From positions 1,240-65,239 of the forward strand of contig CAMCYE010000008.1 of the NCBI GenBank assembly GCA_945883805.1: a stretch of 64,000 bases of DNA. The letters run 5' to 3'. The notes beneath the pieces were generated by a model, which did no database searches, had not been told where the DNA came from, and saw nothing but the letters and a program-made list of their open reading frames with translations. The stretch's first letter is position 1; each line of letters starts with the position of its first letter. A program made the position numbers and the translations under genes. Of the stretch, positions 57,073 to 64,000 are shown piece by piece. The stretch is from Victivallis vadensis. GTDB taxonomy: Bacteria > Verrucomicrobiota > Lentisphaeria > Victivallales > GWF2-50-93.

Positions 57073-58455
57073 ATGATGAAGAAGTCAAATATGAAACACT
57101 TGCCATGGTCGATGTCGATTATAATGCCGGTATTGGTTTGCCTGTCCGGGTGCGTGGGGCTCACTACCAAGAGCGAACGGCAGGCGCGAAGCGATTTTGA
57201 GACGTTGTCAAAACTGTATCACCCCGACGGACATCAGGCCGCACTCCCCGCACTTGACAGCAATTCTACGCTGGCTACATTACTCACCTATGCCATGCTA
57301 AATCAGCCGCGGGTTGAAGCGGCTTACTACGAATACGCCGCCTCAGTGGAAAAGATCACACTGGAACGATCCCTCTCGGATCCGAGATTCACATTCCAGA
57401 TGGACATTACAAACGTGATCAACTCAGTAATGCCCGGACTGATGATTGATGTTCCCTGGCCGACAAAGCTCAGCACCAAGGCGGATGTCGCCTCGGCCGA
57501 GAGCCAGTCGCGGTATTACGCCTTTGAAAGCGCCGTACTGCAGACGGCGTTCAATGTCAAAAACCCTTATTACCAGCTTCACTTTCTCGGGGAACGCGTC
57601 CGTATCAACCGCAAGATGCTGGTACTGATGGACGGACTTGAGGAAATCGCCCGTGCACTTGACGAAGCGGGCAAGGTCACGTTACAGGATGTTCTCCGGG
57701 CGCAGATCGAACAGGAACGGCTGAAGAATGAAATAGCCAATCTTGAGGATTCGCGAAATCCTCTCATGTCGAAACTGAAAACCGCACTGGGAATGTCTGC
57801 CGAACAAGCGGATCCGCCTGTTCCGGCACACTTTGATTCAACCTCGCCGGGCGTGAGTTCCGAACAGCTTCTGGCAACCGCATTGGCGCATAATCCGCAG
57901 CTGAAATCCATGGAGGCAGAGGTCCGGGCGGCTGAGGAAGGGATTAATCTCGCGCGGCTGAGCAGGTTTCCGGATTTCACCGTAGGCGTAGAAGGCGATG
58001 TGAAGGCCTCTCCGATTATGGTACGGCCGAAACTTGAAATGACACTGCCTGTCTGGCTCGACAAGATTGCCGCGGAGATCGCGGCTTCGCAGGCGAGAAA
58101 ACTCGCCGCCTCATCTAGATTGTCATCGGAACAAATACTGTTGGCCGTAGGATTTGCCGACGCATCCTACAGGTACCGCGAGGCCAGGCGCAACCTGCAG
58201 CTGCTCGACGGAAACCTGGTGTCAAAGGCGCAGATGTCCCTTGATGTCGCACGGGAATCCTATTCCACAGGCCGGATTGATTTCATAAATCTTCTGGAAG
58301 CCGAACGCACACTGCTGAAATTCCAATTGGCCGAAGTGGAGGCGCGCATCCAATGTGAATTGACACTTGCCGAACTGTCACTGATAATTGGAATGAAACC
58401 GGAAGGCGCGCCGGCCACGGGTGTCAACAATGAAAAAACACCAGCAAAGGAATGA
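57073..58455 (+). CDS. outer-membrane efflux lipoprotein (TolC/CusC family)
   Basis: Start at ATG 57073 after GGAGG. Lipobox LVCLSGC. Two OEP-type repeat halves. First gene of the efflux operon. Confidence 0.85.
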   Translation: MMKKSNMKHLPWSMSIIMPVLVCLSGCVGLTTKSERQARSDFETLSKLYHPDGHQAALPALDSNSTLATLLTYAMLNQPRVEAAYYEYAASVEKITLERSLSDPRFTFQMDITNVINSVMPGLMIDVPWPTKLSTKADVASAESQSRYYAFESAVLQTAFNVKNPYYQLHFLGERVRINRKMLVLMDGLEEIARALDEAGKVTLQDVLRAQIEQERLKNEIANLEDSRNPLMSKLKTALGMSAEQADPPVPAHFDSTSPGVSSEQLLATALAHNPQLKSMEAEVRAAEEGINLARLSRFPDFTVGVEGDVKASPIMVRPKLEMTLPVWLDKIAAEIAASQARKLAASSRLSSEQILLAVGFADASYRYREARRNLQLLDGNLVSKAQMSLDVARESYSTGRIDFINLLEAERTLLKFQLAEVEARIQCELTLAELSLIIGMKPEGAPATGVNNEKTPAKE

Positions 58456-58462
58456 AATCCCC

Positions 58463-59881
58463 ATGAAAAACACACTGACACTTTTTTTCATTTTATCAGC
58501 AGCAGCAGCCCTGCTCTCCTCCATGCCGGGATGCGGTAAATCTGATTCATCCAGTTCCGGCGTGAGCGCGTCCGCAGAAGTGAAGAAACAAAAATATCAT
58601 TGCCCGATGCATCCGACCTACGTCAGCGAGCATCCGGGCGACTGTCCCATCTGCAATATGAAACTGGTTCTCATAAAGGACAGTGGAGAGGCGGTTGCGA
58701 AAAACACCACCCCCAGTCCGACCAGAAACATCAAGCAGGGTCAGTTCTATTGTCCGATGCATCTCGACATTGTCAGGGACGCACCCGGAGTCTGCCCGAA
58801 ATGCAACATGAATCTGGAAGAAAAGAAAACCGATGAACACGCAGGCGTACCGGGACGTGCCGACATCGTCCTCTCGCCGGAAAAGAGATACATGATCGGG
58901 ATGCAGTTGTCTTCCGTTGAAAAACGGGATCTGTCCTTCACCCTGCGCACCACCGCCAGAGTGGAACACGATGAAACCCTGCTGGCGAGGATATCCCCGC
59001 GTTTCAACGGTTGGATACGCTCGCTCAAAGTCAATTTCACCGGCGAACCGGTAGTGAAGGGACAACCACTGTTCACAGCATACAGCCCCGAACTGCTGAC
59101 TGCCGAAAAGGAGTACATCCTCGCCTTGAATAATTATGATAAGTTAAAAGACAGTCCGGATAAGGAACAGTTTGTATCGGCACAACGGCTCCAGGAATCC
59201 TCCAGGAAGAGGCTTGTACTTTGGCAGATAGGCGAAGAGGAGATCCGCAATCTTGAAGAACACCGCACGCCTGCGGACGAAACACTGTTCCGCGCCCCGT
59301 TTTCCGGGCATGTTGTGGCAAAAACGGCCGTTGAGGGCAAGTCTTTTATGGCAGGGGAAACCCTGTACGAGATCGCCGATCTCTCCCATATTTGGCTCAG
59401 GGCTTCAATCTTCGAATATGAAATGCATCTGGTCACCGTGGGACAGGATGCCACAATTACTTTTCCATATATGGGCAACCAGTCATTCCCCGCAAAAGTC
59501 ACCTTCATTTATCCGCACATTGACGCCTTGACGCGGCGCGGTGAATTCAGGCTTGAACTGGACAATCCCAGACATCTGCTCAGGCCGGACATGTGGGCCG
59601 ATGTCGAGATAAAGGTGGTTCTCGGCGAAAAACTGACAGTTCCGTCGAGCGCAGTCATCGACACCGGCTCCCGCCATGTCGCTTTTGCGGATGTCGCAGA
59701 CGGGCGCCTGGAGCCGCGCGAACTGAAGATAGGCGCCAAAACGGATGACTACTACGAAGTGCTGGAGGGTGTGAAAGAAGGGGAAAAAGTTGTTACGCGC
59801 GCACTGTTCCTCGTGGATTCGGAGAGCCAGTTGAAAGCCGCAATATCTGGCATGGGCGAAGCTAATGAAAATAAGCACTAA
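58463..59881 (+). CDS. heavy-metal efflux RND adaptor (CusB-like) with two N-terminal CPMH...CPxCxM metal-binding domains
   Basis: Lipobox SSMPGC. YHCPMHPTYVSEHPGDCPICNMKL and FYCPMHLDIVRDAPGVCPKCNMNL, followed by an MFP core. Confidence 0.85.
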   Translation: MKNTLTLFFILSAAAALLSSMPGCGKSDSSSSGVSASAEVKKQKYHCPMHPTYVSEHPGDCPICNMKLVLIKDSGEAVAKNTTPSPTRNIKQGQFYCPMHLDIVRDAPGVCPKCNMNLEEKKTDEHAGVPGRADIVLSPEKRYMIGMQLSSVEKRDLSFTLRTTARVEHDETLLARISPRFNGWIRSLKVNFTGEPVVKGQPLFTAYSPELLTAEKEYILALNNYDKLKDSPDKEQFVSAQRLQESSRKRLVLWQIGEEEIRNLEEHRTPADETLFRAPFSGHVVAKTAVEGKSFMAGETLYEIADLSHIWLRASIFEYEMHLVTVGQDATITFPYMGNQSFPAKVTFIYPHIDALTRRGEFRLELDNPRHLLRPDMWADVEIKVVLGEKLTVPSSAVIDTGSRHVAFADVADGRLEPRELKIGAKTDDYYEVLEGVKEGEKVVTRALFLVDSESQLKAAISGMGEANENKH

Positions 59882-59899
59882 TTAAACAAAGAAAGAAAA

Positions 59900-60080
59900 A
59901 GAACAGCCCTTACGGGCTTGACTATGAACAATACCTGATTCGTTGGTAGTTAGACGTTACTCGAAAAGGTATAGGAAGAACACCCCTTACGGGGTTAACT
60001 ACAAACAATAAATGCTGGATTTGATGCGAATTTGTTGGTAGTCAAGCTCGTAAGAGCTGTTCCTGAAAACCTTTTCGAGT
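59900..60080. repeat. complex direct/inverted repeat block between the adaptor and pump genes
   Basis: A=agaacagcccttacgggcttgactatgaacaata (59900-59933). B=agaacaccccttacggggttaactacaaacaata (59977-60010). C=gtcaagctcgtaagagctgttc (60041-60062, inverse of A). actcgaaaaggt (59959-59970) is the inverse of accttttcgagt (60069-60080). Confidence 0.7.
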
Positions 60081-60092
60081 GGACTCTAGTTA

Positions 60093-63000
60093 ATGCCACA
60101 AGGCATGTTCTTGGATTATCTTATGGAAACAGAATCAAAATTCCCGCATCACAAAGACAGCTTCATCGAGCGTGTCATAGAATGGAGTTGCCGAAACAAG
60201 TTCATGGTCTTCATGCTTGTGGGGGCGCTCACCATAGGCGGCATATACTGCATGCGCAACACTCCGCTGGACGCCATTCCCGACCTGACCGATGTGCAGG
60301 TCATCGTCTTCACGCAGTGGGAAGGGCGCAGTCCGAACCTGGTTGAAGACCAGATCACTTATCCAATAGTCACAAAACTCATAAGCGCACCAAATGTGCG
60401 GGTGGTGCGCGGATATTCCTTCTTCGGTTACTCGTTCGTCTATGTGATTTTCAAGGATGGCACGGACATCTACTGGGCGCGTTCCCGTGTTCTGGAATAT
60501 ATGCAGGGACTTTCCGACAGCCTGCCTCCGTCCGTCACACCTACGCTCGGCCCGGACGCCACAGGTGTCGGATGGGGATTCCAGTATGCACTGATTGACA
60601 GGAGCGGGAAACGCGACCTTGCGGATTTGCGCTCGTTCCAGCAATGGCATCTGCGCTATTGGATTCAGAGCGTGGAAGGTGTTGCGGAAGTCGCGACCAT
60701 CGGCGGATTTGAAAAACAATATCAGGTGGAAATTGATCCGGACAGACTGCTCGCCTACAATATCCCCATTACAAAAGTCGTATCCTCCATCCGCAGTGCG
60801 AATAACGATGTCGGGGGGCGCGAACTCGAACGCAACGGCACAACGTACCTTGTCCGTGGAAAGGGCTACATAACGTCACTGGAGGATTTACGGCTGGTTG
60901 TGATCGGCACGGATGCGCGGGGCACACCGGTACTTCTCCGCGATGTTGCCCGCAACATCGCATTCGGACCCGAGATGCGGAGGGGCGCAGGCGATTTCAA
61001 CGGCGAAGGGGAGACAACCGGCGGCATCGTGGTGGTGCGATTCGGACAGAACGTATTGCAGGTGATCGAACGCATCAAGACCCGGCTGGAGGAGATAAAA
61101 CCGTCGCTGCCGGAAGGCGTCGAAATCGTCACAACCTATGACCGTTCCGACCTGATAAACCGTTCCATCGGAACCTTGACCCGCACCCTCATCGAGGAAT
61201 CAATCATTGTCGCAATCGTCATCATCATCTTCCTTCTGGACTTTGGCGGTGCGGCACGGGCCATCACCCTGTTGCCTATAGCGGTGACATTGGCATTCAT
61301 CCCCATGTATTTCATGGACCTGACAACGAACATCATGTCGCTGGCAGGCATCGCCATCTCCATAGGCGTACTATGCGATGAGGCAATATCAATGATCGAG
61401 AATGTTCATAAGAAACTGGAGCATGCCCCGCCGGGACTTGACCGCAAGGCGCGTCAGGAAATAATCATAGGCGCCTGTAAACAGCTCGGTAAACCCCTCT
61501 TCTTCGCACTGCTTGTAATAACAGTCAGCTTCATGCCGGTGTTCACGCTCGAATCACAGGAAGGACGGCTTTTCAAACCTCTCGCCTTCACAAAAACGTT
61601 CGTGATGGCATGGGCGGCTTTCCTCTCAATCACCATCGGCCCTGCTCTTATTGTCCTGATGACTGGAGCCAAAGTCATTCCGGAATACAGGCATCCGATA
61701 AGCCGTCTGCTCCACAAAATATATTATCCGTGGGTCAGCATGCTGATGACCCGCCGCATCCTGTCCATCGTCATAGCCATAGTGGCAGTGGCTTCATCTT
61801 ACCCTATCTACAAGAAACTCGGCTCGGAATTCATGCCTCCGCTCAACGAGGGAACCATCCTCTACATGCCGACTTCCATGCCGACAATGTCGATCACGGA
61901 AGCCACTAGGGTATTGCAGATACAGGACCGCATCATCAAACAGTTTCCGGAGGTGCTCACGGTGCACGGCAAAGCGGGCCGTTCCGAGACCGCCACTGAT
62001 CCCGCGCCGATGGAGATGTTCGAGACGGTCGTGCAATTGAAGCCGGAAAACGAATGGCGTCATGTTCCAAATATGCGCTGGTATTCGGACTGGTCTCCGG
62101 AATGGACGCAGAAAATCCTGCGGAAAATATGGCCCGATTCCCGCCCCATGACATGGGATGAATTAATCGCTGAAATGGACGGGGCGCTGCAAATCCCCGG
62201 ACAGGTCAACGCCTGGACCATGCCGATCAAAGGCCGCATCGACATGCTCACAACCGGAATCCGCACACCTGTCGGCATCAAGATATTCGGACCTGACCTT
62301 GAAGAAATCGGCAAACTGGGAGTCCGTCTCGAATCCGTTATGCGGGAGGTTCCCGGCACACGCAGCGTATTCGCCGAACGCACTGGAGGCGGATATTATG
62401 TTGACATAATTCCGAAGCGCGCCGAAATCGCCCGTTACGGCCTGAATGTCGAAGATGTCCTCCTGCAGGTGGAAACCTCAATCGGCGGAATGTCCGTCGC
62501 CCGCACCGTCGAAGGACGCGAAAGATACACCATCAACGTCCGCTACAGCCGCGAACTCCGCGACGACGTGGAAAAGCTAAAGCGCGTTCTCGTCCCGGTA
62601 ATGGGCGCCCCTTCAATTCCGCCCGGAACAGAAAGCTCCGGGAAAGGAATGTCGGCAAGCGGTGCAAGACCCGATGCCATCCAGCAGGTGCCGCTTGGAC
62701 AGCTCGTCGACATCCGCACCACCAGCGGCCCGCCTCTCATCCGCAACGAAAACGGATCACTGACCGGCTGGGTCTACGTGGACATGACCGGCCGCGACAT
62801 AGGAGGCTACATCAAAGATGCCAAGAAGGCCGTATCGGAAAAAATCGAGAAGGCGGGATTTCTTCCAGCCGGATACCGTCTGGAATGGTCCGGACAATAC
62901 GAGCATATGCTCCGTGTGGCCGAACGCCTCAAACTGGTGATTCCAATCACGCTTATTCTGATCTTCGTGCTTCTATATATGAACTTCAAAAGTGTCGCTG

Positions 63001-63545
63001 AAACTTTCATCATACTTCTCTCAATTCCGTTCGCCATGACCGGCAGTATCTGGCTTCTCTGGCTCTTGGACTACAATTTGAGCATTGCCGTCTGGGTTGG
63101 AATTATCGCGCTTGCAGGACTCGCCGCGCAGACTGGCACGGTGATGATCATCTACCTCGACGAGGCTTTCCACGCCTACCAGAGAGCCGGACGGATGAAG
63201 ACGCAGTATGATCTTTTTGAGGCCATAACCTATGGCGCGGTGCAGCGCGTCAGGCCGAAACTCATGGTTGTATCAACGACTATACTGGCGTTGTTGCCTG
63301 CATTATGGGCGCATGGTGCGGGAGCAGAGGCGATACAGCGCATCGCCGCACCGATGATCGGCGGCCTGGTCACCAGCACAATCCTCACGCTTGAAATCGT
63401 ACCTGCAATTTACTCGCTATGGCGCGGCCGGGAGGTCGAATGGGTCAAGGGCCCGAAACCCCCGCACAAGAATTGGGAGGAGATGAGCGCCCAATTCGTG
63501 GAATGGGAGAAAAAAGAGCACCAGTCAGAAGAATCCATTCGGTGA
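60093..63545 (+). CDS. heavy-metal efflux RND pump (CusA/CzcA family)
   Basis: 1150 aa. IERVIEWSCRNKFMVFMLVGALTIGG..., AIPDLTDVQVIVFTQWEGRSPNLVEDQITYPI. The start may be an internal Met (60123). Confidence 0.95.
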   Translation: MPQGMFLDYLMETESKFPHHKDSFIERVIEWSCRNKFMVFMLVGALTIGGIYCMRNTPLDAIPDLTDVQVIVFTQWEGRSPNLVEDQITYPIVTKLISAPNVRVVRGYSFFGYSFVYVIFKDGTDIYWARSRVLEYMQGLSDSLPPSVTPTLGPDATGVGWGFQYALIDRSGKRDLADLRSFQQWHLRYWIQSVEGVAEVATIGGFEKQYQVEIDPDRLLAYNIPITKVVSSIRSANNDVGGRELERNGTTYLVRGKGYITSLEDLRLVVIGTDARGTPVLLRDVARNIAFGPEMRRGAGDFNGEGETTGGIVVVRFGQNVLQVIERIKTRLEEIKPSLPEGVEIVTTYDRSDLINRSIGTLTRTLIEESIIVAIVIIIFLLDFGGAARAITLLPIAVTLAFIPMYFMDLTTNIMSLAGIAISIGVLCDEAISMIENVHKKLEHAPPGLDRKARQEIIIGACKQLGKPLFFALLVITVSFMPVFTLESQEGRLFKPLAFTKTFVMAWAAFLSITIGPALIVLMTGAKVIPEYRHPISRLLHKIYYPWVSMLMTRRILSIVIAIVAVASSYPIYKKLGSEFMPPLNEGTILYMPTSMPTMSITEATRVLQIQDRIIKQFPEVLTVHGKAGRSETATDPAPMEMFETVVQLKPENEWRHVPNMRWYSDWSPEWTQKILRKIWPDSRPMTWDELIAEMDGALQIPGQVNAWTMPIKGRIDMLTTGIRTPVGIKIFGPDLEEIGKLGVRLESVMREVPGTRSVFAERTGGGYYVDIIPKRAEIARYGLNVEDVLLQVETSIGGMSVARTVEGRERYTINVRYSRELRDDVEKLKRVLVPVMGAPSIPPGTESSGKGMSASGARPDAIQQVPLGQLVDIRTTSGPPLIRNENGSLTGWVYVDMTGRDIGGYIKDAKKAVSEKIEKAGFLPAGYRLEWSGQYEHMLRVAERLKLVIPITLILIFVLLYMNFKSVAETFIILLSIPFAMTGSIWLLWLLDYNLSIAVWVGIIALAGLAAQTGTVMIIYLDEAFHAYQRAGRMKTQYDLFEAITYGAVQRVRPKLMVVSTTILALLPALWAHGAGAEAIQRIAAPMIGGLVTSTILTLEIVPAIYSLWRGREVEWVKGPKPPHKNWEEMSAQFVEWEKKEHQSEESIR

Positions 63546-63578
63546 AAATACATAATTTAGATGCATCGGATTGTCAGG

Positions 63579-63836
63579 TCACCTGTAGATTTCTTTTCGA
63601 TGTCCGACTGCGACCACAAACACGATTAGCAAGTCGTCCTTGATGGAGTAGAGAATCCGACAGTTGCCTTGTCGTAAACGGTACTGCTCAAGACCAGAGA
63701 GCTTTTTGGATTGAGGTGGCCGTGGATTGTCGGCCAATGATTCTATTGCCAGTATAATTCTCTGAAGGTCTTTCTTAGGGATTAACTCGAAATCTTTTGG
63801 GACGCTTTTCTTGAGCTCGATTCTATATTTTCCCAT
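63579..63836 (-). CDS. RelE/ParE-family type II toxin
   Basis: MGKYRIELKKSVPKDFELIPKKDLQRIILAIESLADNPRPPQSKKLSGLEQYRLRQGNCRILYSIKDDLLIVFVVAVGHRKEIY, the classic RelE/StbE pattern. Confidence 0.85.
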   Translation of the reverse strand: MGKYRIELKKSVPKDFELIPKKDLQRIILAIESLADNPRPPQSKKLSGLEQYRLRQGNCRILYSIKDDLLIVFVVAVGHRKEIYR

Positions 63837-63993
63837 TTCGTTTTAGCTCCTTTAGAGTGGATTCAAACGAAATAGCAGGTTCATGGGCCCTTTTCTTGAA
63901 GATCTCCAAATCTTCCAGATCCTCGCACAGAGCCGTAGATACAGCTTCGTTAACTAATTCAGATACGCTTCGCGAGGTTTCGGCAGATTTCAT
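63823..63993 (-). CDS. putative antitoxin of the RelE-like toxin (possibly 5'-partial at the window edge)
   Basis: 56-aa ORF not in the track: MKSAETSRSVSELVNEAVSTALCEDLEDLEIFKKRAHEPAISFESTLKELKRNGKI. It overlaps the toxin start by 14 nt. The frame stays open to position 64000. Confidence 0.55.
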   Translation of the reverse strand: MKSAETSRSVSELVNEAVSTALCEDLEDLEIFKKRAHEPAISFESTLKELKRNGKI

Positions 63994-64000
63994 CCGCAAC

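Overview
This 64-kb bacterial window has moderate GC. Gene content and repeat style suggest a PVC-type organism (Lentisphaerae, Kiritimatiellae or Verrucomicrobia), but that is a guess I cannot verify. All domain calls come from reading motifs in the supplied translations; no database search was possible.

**Left 27 kb: integrated elements at a tmRNA (ssrA)-like attachment site.**
- The end of element A (xis-like gene plus integrase) abuts a 3' ssrA-like fragment at 2385-2416.
- A second integrase opens a ~24.5-kb island B. It is bounded by 19-bp direct repeats at 2400-2418 and 26858-26876, with 11-bp tandem arm-type repeats near both ends.
- Island B has three parts: a phage/ICE-like block, a relic 3' half of tRNA-Pro at 14483-14532, and a cargo module.
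  - The phage/ICE-like block holds an XRE switch, dinB, a ParB-like protein, unknown genes and gene fragments.
  - The cargo module holds a metallophosphoesterase, an ECF sigma/anti-sigma/LTxxQ operon, a secreted protein, an FGE-PEBP fusion and two aryl-sulfotransferase-like propellers.
- The most interesting signal is in that cargo module. Four identically spaced ECF-type promoters (TGTAAC-N16-CGTCT) appear to tie it into one regulon.

**Right 37 kb: mostly core genes.**
- The AraC-linked sugar-oxidation cluster sits here, along with tpiA, secG, pheA, guaB, gyrB, purQ, cysK and a Cys/Met PLP enzyme.
- There are two RND efflux operons: TetR-MFP-HAE1, and a CusCBA-like set.
- Decayed defence/TA remnants are interspersed:
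  - an hsdM tail next to an NTase plus wHTH pair
  - a Fic pseudogene, an AbiEi-like fragment, and a disrupted ORF6N gene
  - an orphan MNT
  - a RelE pair

**Repeats and RNA genes.** A hairpin-rich modular repeat family pervades the intergenic regions. I found no rRNA gene, no intact tRNA gene and no CRISPR array.
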